A stretch of DNA of 20,000 bases. It comes from an uncultured virus (IMG/VR IMGVR_UViG_3300049433_000291) (lineage: Duplodnaviria; Heunggongvirae; Uroviricota; Caudoviricetes). Below are positions 1-8,339 of this stretch, piece by piece. The notes beneath the pieces were generated by a model. That model made no database searches. It worked only from the letters and a program-made list of their open reading frames with translations, and was not told where the DNA came from. A program made the translations under genes and the position numbers. How positions within the stretch are numbered: the stretch's first letter is position 1; the number at the start of each line of letters is the position of its first letter. The stretch lies in IMG/VR virus record IMGVR_UViG_3300049433_000291; one strand, written 5' to 3'.

Positions 1-2
1 TT

Positions 3-1616
3 TCGGGTGGCATCAGCGAGTTTTTTGGACAAGGTAATCCGTTTTTTGCCGTGTATTGTCCCTGCAAAGAAGGACAACCGAACAAGACAGAGCTTCTCCT
101 GCTTGATAAGTACTCCACACTCATTATTAGTGAACACATGATGAACCTGTCGATTGCCGACAGGTTAGTTGACTCATTGCGGATACAGTTCCCGAAAGAT
201 TTCTTTGGAAAAGAGGAGTGTACTAGCTTCGTCAACAAAACAGTGAGACTCTTTGATAGGGCGTCAATCGCGTCTTCGATTGAGCAGGTTAACTCCGTGG
301 TGGACCTCGAAACAAACCCGCTTGATTGGCTTCAAGAACTTTTCATAGCCGAGAATAGAAAAGTTAGCAATTATTTGACGCGAAACGCCTTGAGCGGCGG
401 TGGCGCGGTCTACGAAGGCGCCACCAGCGGTTACCACGACTTCATGCTACCTTTGATGAAGTTGGCGCAAGGATTCGCCAGTCTAAATTCCGCCTCAATA
501 TATGTGCTACTTGATGATGCGGGCAAGTTGACTAAAGAGCAGCAGAGCATCGTCAACACCTGGATTGCAAATAGAGATCAGTCAGCGATCTGTTTGAAAG
601 TATCAGCGCTCCGCGAAGAATACAAGACCTTCCTAACCCGTGACGGTGGGCTAATTGAGAAGCCACACGATTACTCCAAGGTTGATGTCGAAGAACTCTA
701 CACGCAATCCAAAGAAGATTACGCTCAAAAAGTAAAACTCATTGCAAATCGGCGTCTAGAATTATCAGAGGTCCCAACAAAGGACATTGAGCAGTTTCTA
801 CCGTCGGATCCGACCGAAGAAGCTCTGTTAGACGACTTCAGGAAGGAGACCGCAGCACAGTGGGAAATCGAGGGTCAGCCTGGGCGCCAGCGAGACTACG
901 TGACCAGATATGCGACCGCAAGACTATTTCAGCATTTAAGAGCCAGTAGACAGCGCAAGAGTTATGCGGGCTTCCAGAATATTGTGCATTTGTCCTCCGG
1001 CGTTGTGAGAGATTTTTTGGAGCCGTGTTATCTGATGTTCGATGAGTATGTCAGCGGAGATCGGGACCCGAGCACAGTTTCAGTCATCCCTCCCGCGTTT
1101 CAGAATGAGGTACTGTTCAGATATTCGGAAGAACTGATCTTAGGAAAGTTCGAGGATATTCGAAAGAACCTACCCCCGGAGAAATGGCCCCAGGTTGATG
1201 CGCTAAAAACGCTGTTGGAATCGCTCGGACGACTCTTTTACGAGAGGCTCCATGATCCGGAAGCGCGAGAGGCGCGGTTGTTCTCTTTTACTGTAAGAGG
1301 CCAGGTTACTGCTGACGTGGCAGATGTGCTCGACTTAGGTGTTCGTCATCGCTACTTTCAGCTTCGCACGTATAGCACGAAGGAAGGCGGCGGTCGGGAG
1401 AGCTGGTACATCCTCAACCGGTGGCTGTGCCCAGCTTACAAGCTCGACCCGACCGGCTTTGAGGGAAGGATCTCTCTTACACCAAGATTCATTCAGTTAG
1501 CCACCGAAGATCCCGATAGATTTGTCCGACTAAGACTGAAGCAAATGGACGATGACTCGCCGGACAAGGATAGACAGCCCACTTTGTTTTCGCTTGAAGA
1601 GGAGGCGGTGGGATGA
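3..1616 (+). CDS. P-loop ATPase, STAND/ORC-Cdc6-like (copy 1; 5' end truncated by the window edge)
   Basis: The frame is open from position 3 (SGGISEFFGQGNPFFAVYCP...), so the GTG at 51 is not the true start. Walker B-like YVLLDD is at ~501-518. It is a clear paralog of the 2913-5390 ATPase (DYVTRYATARLFQHL..YAGFQNIVHLSSGVVRDFLEPC vs DYVSKYGSARFFQTL..YAGLEYITMVSSGIYRQFLEIC). Walker A presumably lies upstream of the window. Confidence 0.85.
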   Translation, partial: SGGISEFFGQGNPFFAVYCPCKEGQPNKTELLLLDKYSTLIISEHMMNLSIADRLVDSLRIQFPKDFFGKEECTSFVNKTVRLFDRASIASSIEQVNSVVDLETNPLDWLQELFIAENRKVSNYLTRNALSGGGAVYEGATSGYHDFMLPLMKLAQGFASLNSASIYVLLDDAGKLTKEQQSIVNTWIANRDQSAICLKVSALREEYKTFLTRDGGLIEKPHDYSKVDVEELYTQSKEDYAQKVKLIANRRLELSEVPTKDIEQFLPSDPTEEALLDDFRKETAAQWEIEGQPGRQRDYVTRYATARLFQHLRASRQRKSYAGFQNIVHLSSGVVRDFLEPCYLMFDEYVSGDRDPSTVSVIPPAFQNEVLFRYSEELILGKFEDIRKNLPPEKWPQVDALKTLLESLGRLFYERLHDPEAREARLFSFTVRGQVTADVADVLDLGVRHRYFQLRTYSTKEGGGRESWYILNRWLCPAYKLDPTGFEGRISLTPRFIQLATEDPDRFVRLRLKQMDDDSPDKDRQPTLFSLEEEAVG

Positions 1617-2635
1617 GACATTGGTCCGTAGACGAACTGACGAACCACGGCGGTCTTCAGACGATACGAGAAGGAAGCGTCCCAGACGACATGTTTCTCG
1701 TTTCTGCCAGTTATGAAGCTAGAACCCTTACCGTGGCGCAGTCTCTCGCCGGTGACTATAGGGCCACACGAGGAGTTATATATGTAAACCAAGAGCTGTT
1801 GAGAGATCCTCAGAGCGATAGAGTTAGGCCACACCTTGATGAGCTAGTACATCTTTTGCTCTCTCACTGTGAGTCAATTGATCAAGCGGAGGGCAGTTGG
1901 CTTGATCCGAAGCGCCAACTCTTAGCCCTGCGAAGGGCATTAGTTACGTCCGCATACGAGCCGATGCAGGATGTTGCTGTGACCGTTGACACCACAACCT
2001 TCAATCGAGAATCGCTCTTGACTGCTATGGCCCTACTCCGAAATCATTTTCCCGCTTCGAAAATAAGGGTAGCCTATACGTCACCTCAAAAGCACGGGGA
2101 ATGGCTGAGCCAAGGTTACCGAAGTGTGCGAAATGTAATGAGCTTCGCTGGAATTCAGCAATCCAGCCGTCCCACACTTCTGGTTGTTTTATCTGGTTTT
2201 GAACCTGAGCGGACTTTGAAACTCATAGAGGAGCATGAGCCATCGAAAGTCTTACTCGGAATTGGGGATCCTCCGACAAATCAGCAATTCTTGCAAAGGA
2301 ATCTCGATGAACAAAAGCTAATACTGGCTAGACAGGAGGTTGAGAAGTTCAGTTTTCCAGCAAGTGACATGCTGCTCTGTCGCGACTCGTTGGAAACTCT
2401 TTTGCAAGCGTACTTGAAGAGTCACAACATCGCTTTAGCTCCAATGAGCACCAAACTTTCTACGCTTGCTGTCTTCCTGGTCGCCGAGGAGCATCCGGAG
2501 ATTCAGGTTACTTACTGTGTTCCTGGAGAATACAACACCGATAGCTATTCTTCGGGCGCGGACAGCGTATTCGTTGGTGAACTGCCACAACGCTCGGTAG
2601 AAGCGAAAGCTTTGGGCGTTCCGGATACTAGTTGA
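1613..2635 (+). CDS. ATPase-partner protein, predicted tandem Rossmann/CARF-like alpha/beta fold (copy 1)
   Basis: 340 aa with an ATGA overlap on the ATPase stop. Motifs FLVSASYEAR, VTVDTTTFNR, LVVLSGFEPER, IALAPMSTKL. Paralog of 5387-6364. The CDS is confident; the fold call is inference. Confidence 0.75.
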   Translation: MRHWSVDELTNHGGLQTIREGSVPDDMFLVSASYEARTLTVAQSLAGDYRATRGVIYVNQELLRDPQSDRVRPHLDELVHLLLSHCESIDQAEGSWLDPKRQLLALRRALVTSAYEPMQDVAVTVDTTTFNRESLLTAMALLRNHFPASKIRVAYTSPQKHGEWLSQGYRSVRNVMSFAGIQQSSRPTLLVVLSGFEPERTLKLIEEHEPSKVLLGIGDPPTNQQFLQRNLDEQKLILARQEVEKFSFPASDMLLCRDSLETLLQAYLKSHNIALAPMSTKLSTLAVFLVAEEHPEIQVTYCVPGEYNTDSYSSGADSVFVGELPQRSVEAKALGVPDTS

Positions 2636-2912
2636 ATTCAGCGTCTTAACAAGGATTGTACGTAGCGTTGTACTTCGACTCGATGAGCGCGAGCTGATAG
2701 GAGATCATTTACTAGTCCCTTGGTCTTGGTTCAAACCTGAGGGCCAACGGCGGCGACACATCCAAGAGAATTGTTAGCTCCTTCATCAGTAAGTGTCGGT
2801 CACGCACTCCATTTCGAGGCCCAATTCAACCTCTCGCAGCATTCAAGACAGTCGGGGGGGGCAATACACGACTGGGAACGGACCTACTTGCCCGATGAGG
2901 AGAAAACCTGGT

Positions 2913-5390
2913 ATGGCAATCCCATTCCTCACCGTTGCGATCGGTTATATGGCGGGTCTCGGCAAAGGCCTAGCCGTTAACTTGGCAGCAGCAGAGATCT
3001 ACGCAAGATTCAAGAAAGAGGACTTATTCTCATTGTTGGAGCGCTGCCTTGAGGATGCTATGAAAAACCGATCTCATATCCTCGATAGCGCAGCAGTCTT
3101 ACCAGGAGGATCTGTTCAAGGTGCGTACTTGGATAAAGAAAGGCTCCGGGATTACTTGGCAAAGAACCAGTCTATCGTCCCATCGCCCTCTGAATCAGGG
3201 GCGGAGAACCCGTGGCGAGAATATCTGAAACCCTTTGAGGAAATCATTGTTATTCCCACTTTCAAAGCCGAAAGCGAACGCCTAAATTCCATACAGGATG
3301 TGCTCGATGAAGCTTCGCGACTCTTTACCGCACGAGTTCCTTATCAGCAGCCTGCATTCCAAGAACTGTTGCTGAAATTCCAGGAGAAACACAGCGACGA
3401 ACACAAGGAAATCATCAAGAAGATCGATGCATTAAAACCAAGTGGTCCTTCTCTATTAATCGAAGTCGGGCATGATGAAAACCCAATCGCGGAGATTACA
3501 GTGAGCGCATGGGTCAATCCTTTTTCGATCGTCGCGGCTGACGATTTGGAGCTCACCAATCCAGAACACGTCAGACAGATTAGGAACCTTTTCATTGCCA
3601 GATACACTGACCTGCCAACAATCCAAAAACACTACAATACTATCCTCGAAGGCCAGCGCGGTACTGGGAAGACAATGATCATGAAGTATTTAGCCTTCGA
3701 AACTCAAATCCTAGAATGGGTTGAGAAGAAGAAACGGCAAGGTGCCGAATTCTTATCGTCCCCGGAGAATTTCATAGGTGTCTACTCAAAGCTCGGTCAG
3801 GGTGTTTTTGACAAGACTGACTTTGAGGCTATTAGCGACAAGACCAGGCGTGATCGCATCTTTGAACATCGACTCACGCTACAATTACTGTCTGACGTTC
3901 TCGATACGATGAAAGCCGTATACCAGCACTTCCCTCCTAGCACCGAAGACGTAAGAAGAATTAAGCAAGCACTGAACTCCCTTTTGAAAACCAACGGGAC
4001 CATAGATGTATGTCTGACGGCGAGTGATTTGATTAGAGCGGCTCAAGATCATATTTCCTTCATTTCAGTCCAAGAGGTAGACGAACACTTGGGTTCGGTG
4101 TCACCAGGTGGTGGAACCAGCTCGACAGACTTTAATCCAAGCCTGACACTGTCCGGACAACTGATACCCTTTCTTAAGTTGCTTCGACAATCGTGCAGTA
4201 CAAGCGTGCCATTCTTCCTCATGCTAGATGATTTTGATGTACTCGAGCCATTTCAGCAGGAGAGAGTTTTCAAAACGGCTTCGTCTAGGCAATTGGGCAC
4301 AGTCTGTTTCAAGTTCGGTGTCATGATTCATGGCAAAAAGGTTTTGCTATCGGGTGAGGGTAGAACGTTTCGCAATAGCGATGACTTTAACCGGATTGAC
4401 CTTGACTGGACCGAGGGAGGGCTCCATGAGAATTACCAGAAATCGCTTATTGATATTGCCCATGCTCGTTTGGAAGCTGCCGGTTCAGGTTGGAACGCCC
4501 AACTGTCATCGTTGCTCCCAGAATGGCAGCGCGGTAATGAGATATTTCTCGAGGTCAGAACAGTAATGGAGTCTGAATGGGAAACGGACGAAAAGCCAAC
4601 CGACTCCAAGAGTGATTACGTTTCAAAATATGGAAGCGCCAGATTCTTCCAGACGCTTAGAAAAAGAAAAATCAGGATGCGATATGCAGGCCTCGAATAC
4701 ATTACGATGGTCTCTTCGGGTATCTATCGTCAGTTTTTGGAAATCTGCAAGCTGATTTTTGATCGTGCTCACGATGAAGGCTGGATACCAGAAAACGGCG
4801 GAGTTCGCGCTGAGATTCAGGATATAGCAGTGCGCGAGTATTCTGAGGAAATGATCCAACAGTTTTCACGCACATCCGGGGACGCTCAATCTCTGCTTCA
4901 CGGCAATATTGAGGTCACTTCCTCACATATGACTACACTTATTGATAGCCTTTGTGACGTTTTCTATTCGCGGCTTCATACTCCGGTTGGTGTACTGGGG
5001 AGTGGCGAGCCTGAAATCATTTGCGTGGCAGTGCGTGATGATCTTGGTCGGTGCCCGGAGGCTGACATCCTATTAAAGATTGCTGTCAGAGAATCAATCC
5101 TTCATCGGTTTCAATACGCGCCAAAAACTTCGGGCGGTCCGCCTCTTCCGGCTTTCATGTTGAATAGAAGATTAGGTCCACGCCGGGACTTAAGCATCAG
5201 GCGTATGCAAGGGCGAATTGAGGTTGAAGCTGCTGACATCATTTTAGCGGCGAAAGACCGTAGAGAGTTTTTTCAGAAGATGCAGGGAAAAAAGGTGAAT
5301 GCTGACCGAACGAGCATAGACGATACATCGCAGCAGGTTGGCCTTCCGTTAGGAAAAGTAATGGGAGAGTCTGAACAGACTGAGCAATGA
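2913..5390 (+). CDS. P-loop ATPase, STAND/ORC-Cdc6-like, with a ~200-aa N-terminal helical extension (copy 2)
   Basis: Walker A GQRGTGKT at ~3651-3674, Walker B FFLMLDD at ~4212-4232, and an NPF motif before the P-loop. Start moved from the ORF-track GTG 2793 to the in-frame ATG 2913, which has GAGGAG at 2897-2902. Confidence 0.88.
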   Translation: MAIPFLTVAIGYMAGLGKGLAVNLAAAEIYARFKKEDLFSLLERCLEDAMKNRSHILDSAAVLPGGSVQGAYLDKERLRDYLAKNQSIVPSPSESGAENPWREYLKPFEEIIVIPTFKAESERLNSIQDVLDEASRLFTARVPYQQPAFQELLLKFQEKHSDEHKEIIKKIDALKPSGPSLLIEVGHDENPIAEITVSAWVNPFSIVAADDLELTNPEHVRQIRNLFIARYTDLPTIQKHYNTILEGQRGTGKTMIMKYLAFETQILEWVEKKKRQGAEFLSSPENFIGVYSKLGQGVFDKTDFEAISDKTRRDRIFEHRLTLQLLSDVLDTMKAVYQHFPPSTEDVRRIKQALNSLLKTNGTIDVCLTASDLIRAAQDHISFISVQEVDEHLGSVSPGGGTSSTDFNPSLTLSGQLIPFLKLLRQSCSTSVPFFLMLDDFDVLEPFQQERVFKTASSRQLGTVCFKFGVMIHGKKVLLSGEGRTFRNSDDFNRIDLDWTEGGLHENYQKSLIDIAHARLEAAGSGWNAQLSSLLPEWQRGNEIFLEVRTVMESEWETDEKPTDSKSDYVSKYGSARFFQTLRKRKIRMRYAGLEYITMVSSGIYRQFLEICKLIFDRAHDEGWIPENGGVRAEIQDIAVREYSEEMIQQFSRTSGDAQSLLHGNIEVTSSHMTTLIDSLCDVFYSRLHTPVGVLGSGEPEIICVAVRDDLGRCPEADILLKIAVRESILHRFQYAPKTSGGPPLPAFMLNRRLGPRRDLSIRRMQGRIEVEAADIILAAKDRREFFQKMQGKKVNADRTSIDDTSQQVGLPLGKVMGESEQTEQ

Positions 5391-6364
5391 TGGAGTCAAT
5401 AAGCGAAGTGCTTGGTCAAATTGAGCCGACCGCTGGTGATAAGGATTCAGTCCTCATAACGTGCGCTAGCTTTGAGGAGCGTTCAACTGCGGTGGCGCAA
5501 CGACTCGCTCAGAATTATGCCGCGGAACATACCTTCATTTTTCGGTCAACCGAATATGGGGACTTGGGGGACTCACCTGAATACTTTCAATTTATCGAAA
5601 GCAAAATGACTAGCATTAGTAAGAACAAGCCTAGTGTGATCAAATTCTCCATTGATCACTCGATCCCTTCCATGGCCCAGTTTGAAGGCTCCTACCGGGA
5701 ACTCAAAGCGACCTCGTTGGTTAGCAACGTCTCAGTGGACGTTACAACATTTCCACGGCAGGAATTGTTAATGCTGCTGCGCGTTTTGGACAGCCAATCC
5801 GATCTTGCCTCCACGCGGCTCTTCTACGGAGAGCCGCTTAGGTATTGCACCGAGGACGCGGGCGGATGGCTCACTAGAGGAGTCAAATCTGTGCGCCCCG
5901 TTCCTGGCTTCGGTGGAGTTCAGCCCCCGAACAAGAAGAAGAATCTGCTGATAATGTTTCTGGGCCATGAGGATGAGCGAGCTGCAATTACATGGAAGCG
6001 ACATCAGCCGAGAAAAACTATTGCTATTGTCCCGGATCCGAACTATCGGAAGGAGATGAACGGCATAGTTGAAAGAACGCATCAGCCGCTGTTTACGAAA
6101 CTGAGCACAACGGAATTCTATCCGGCAGTTCCCGCCCGAGGGATAGTGGAGTCCGAGAATGCGGTGTTGAGGATATGGGAGGAGCATCATGAATCCTACT
6201 ACATAGTTGTGGCTCCTCTCGGGACTAAGTTACAGACGTTGGGTATCTATAGAGCGGTGCGGCGAAGACCGGATATTCAGATCACGTATGCGATACCTTC
6301 AATCTATAACTACCGGAATTATTCTGTTGGGGTAAACCGCATTTGGGAGATCCATTGGAACTAA
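5387..6364 (+). CDS. ATPase-partner protein, predicted tandem Rossmann/CARF-like alpha/beta fold (copy 2)
   Basis: 325 aa with an ATGA overlap on the ATPase stop. Motifs LITCASFEER, VSVDVTTFPR, LIMFLGHEDER, IVVAPLGTKL, PDIQITY..P..YN...YS.G, all shared with 1613-2635. Confidence 0.75.
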   Translation: MMESISEVLGQIEPTAGDKDSVLITCASFEERSTAVAQRLAQNYAAEHTFIFRSTEYGDLGDSPEYFQFIESKMTSISKNKPSVIKFSIDHSIPSMAQFEGSYRELKATSLVSNVSVDVTTFPRQELLMLLRVLDSQSDLASTRLFYGEPLRYCTEDAGGWLTRGVKSVRPVPGFGGVQPPNKKKNLLIMFLGHEDERAAITWKRHQPRKTIAIVPDPNYRKEMNGIVERTHQPLFTKLSTTEFYPAVPARGIVESENAVLRIWEEHHESYYIVVAPLGTKLQTLGIYRAVRRRPDIQITYAIPSIYNYRNYSVGVNRIWEIHWN

Positions 6365-6440
6365 GAACGACTCTTTTCAACGACTGTTTAGAGTCAACCG
6401 TTCTAATCGGATTACGAAAGCTAAACTGTTCGGGACAAGT

Positions 6441-8231
6441 ATGTCGAACGTAACTTATGTCACATCCTTACTGTCGCGGCAATATAAGGATCCGTCCCTT
6501 AATAACCATCGTGATCCACTAGATGAAATAGTATTTATTCTCCTTTCCGAAAAGACCGACGAAGCTAAGTACACAACCGCCTTCAGAAATTTGAAGGCTC
6601 GCTTTCCTCGCTGGACAGGAGTTCTCAGCGCGCCCGTGCGCGAGATCAAGACGGCGATCGAGACCGCCGGAATGGGTAACCGACGCGCAAATCTCCTTCG
6701 TCGACTATTTAAAGCCATTGTTGAAAGGTTTGGCGCTCTGGATCTTTCAATGCTTGCAGGAATGTCTTTGGAAGAAGCTGAGGCCGAACTGATTCAACTG
6801 CCAGGGATCGGACGCAAGGCCGCGCGATGTGTATTGCTGTATTGCTTCGATTTTCCTGCCTTACCTGTTGACGTGCACACTTATAGATTAGCTATTAGGT
6901 TAGGCATCCTTTCACGTCGGGTTTCTTATGAACAATCCCACGAAGCGTTGCCGCGCCTCGTTCCATCTCATTTGCGTCGGCGTTTCCACGTAAATGCAGT
7001 AGCTCATGGACGCGCCCGGTGCTTTGCCCGCAAGCCCGACTGTAATGGCTGTCCGCTGGCAGAACACTGCTCTTATCCGGAGGCGGTTAGACCTTTGCGG
7101 ATCGTCGCGAGGCCTGAGCCACTTGCCATAGATCTTTTCGCTGGTGGTGGCGGATTAAGCCTAGGGTTTGAAAAGGCGGGTTTCCGCATCGTGCAATCGG
7201 TCGAGAGTAATTCAAGAGCCGCAGCTACATATGCACACAATAATCCTGACGTGGATCTTATTGAAAGAGATATAAGGCAGATCAATCCGCGCACCTGTTT
7301 AGCACGCCTCGGACTTAGGCCTGGCGACCTGACTGCCTTAATCGGGGGGATTCCTTGTCAGGGATTTTCAGAATCAAACCGCCGCACGCGGAATTCAGCC
7401 AACCCTAATAACCATCTTTATAAGCGATTTATTCGGTTCTTGGATGTGCTTCGGCCAGCATGGTTCGTGATAGAGAATGTCGCCGGCCTGCGAACGATGG
7501 AGCGCGGCTTGATTCTGCAGCGAATTATTCGCGAATGCAAAGCACTTGGCTATGAGGTTAATTGGCGGGAACTCAATGCCGCCGATTTTGGAGTCCCTCA
7601 GGTTCGTCGCCGCATATTTATCATTGGAAATCGGTTTGGCTTGCCGATTCCGTTTCCGGAGGCGACGCATGGTCCAGGATGTCAACTGCGAGTAACGGTG
7701 CGTAAGGCGCTTGGCGATTTGCCCGTTCTTAAAAATGGTGCTTCCAAAGATTATCGGCCGTACGGAAAAACTGGCCGAGGACTGACTAAGTACCAGCGCA
7801 TGATGCGGGCTTCGAGGAACGGGACCGGCGAAGTTCAGGGGAATCTGGTTACACGAAGCACAGACGTAATTATCAAGCGTTATCGGCACATACGGGCTGG
7901 GGGGAATTGGGAGGACATACCAACTGAACTGATGATCAATTATGAGGATCCTTCGAGATGTCACACTGGTATTTATCATCGATTAGAGTGGGACAAACCA
8001 GCCAAAGTTATTGGAAATTTTCGAAAGAACATGCTTATACACCCTCAACAGCATCGAGGCTTGTCGGTAAGAGAGGCCGCACGTCTTCAATCGTTTCCGG
8101 ACGACTATGAGTTCCTGGACTCGATCGGATTCCAGCAACAACAGGTGGCCGATGCCGTACCGCCGCTCTTGGCGGAAGCGGTTGCCAAGCACATCATACG
8201 AGCTGATCGAACAATGGGCCCCAAACGATGA
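6441..8231 (+). CDS. Fusion of an HhH-GPD (endonuclease III-like, [4Fe-4S]) DNA glycosylase and a DNA (cytosine-5)-methyltransferase
   Basis: N-terminal ~212 aa: HhH LPGIGRKAARCVL, catalytic Asp in PVDVH, FeS motif CFARKPDCNGCPLAEHC (C-x6-C-x2-C-x5-C). C-terminal part: MTase motif I DLFAGGGG, IV GGIPCQGFS, VI ENV, VIII PQVRRRIF, IX REAARLQSFPD, X ADAVPP. Single uninterrupted 596-aa frame. Confidence 0.93.
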   Translation: MSNVTYVTSLLSRQYKDPSLNNHRDPLDEIVFILLSEKTDEAKYTTAFRNLKARFPRWTGVLSAPVREIKTAIETAGMGNRRANLLRRLFKAIVERFGALDLSMLAGMSLEEAEAELIQLPGIGRKAARCVLLYCFDFPALPVDVHTYRLAIRLGILSRRVSYEQSHEALPRLVPSHLRRRFHVNAVAHGRARCFARKPDCNGCPLAEHCSYPEAVRPLRIVARPEPLAIDLFAGGGGLSLGFEKAGFRIVQSVESNSRAAATYAHNNPDVDLIERDIRQINPRTCLARLGLRPGDLTALIGGIPCQGFSESNRRTRNSANPNNHLYKRFIRFLDVLRPAWFVIENVAGLRTMERGLILQRIIRECKALGYEVNWRELNAADFGVPQVRRRIFIIGNRFGLPIPFPEATHGPGCQLRVTVRKALGDLPVLKNGASKDYRPYGKTGRGLTKYQRMMRASRNGTGEVQGNLVTRSTDVIIKRYRHIRAGGNWEDIPTELMINYEDPSRCHTGIYHRLEWDKPAKVIGNFRKNMLIHPQQHRGLSVREAARLQSFPDDYEFLDSIGFQQQQVADAVPPLLAEAVAKHIIRADRTMGPKR

Positions 8232-8339
8232 ATGATTAGCCAAGCTTCAAGAACTTTTCGGCTTCTGCTTGATTGCGCTCTTCTCTGCGTTTATCTGTTT
8301 CGAGTGTTTTGATTCTTCGGTAACGGTGGCTGTGTACAT

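Noticed and set aside
2793..2912. ORF-track N-terminal extension of ATPase 2 and the overlapping 2771-2980 ORF
   Set aside because: The extension is low-complexity with no RBS, while ATG 2913 has a good GAGGAG.
5768..7979. Antisense ORFs such as 5768-6190 and 7395-7979 (and similar shadows over Ku, the ligase and xerD)
   Set aside because: They lie entirely opposite well-supported genes and have no recognisable motifs.
8236..8339. Short minus-strand ORF (MYTATVTEE..., 30 aa) after 8340
   Set aside because: It is too short and has no motif. It may be a gene remnant but cannot be supported.
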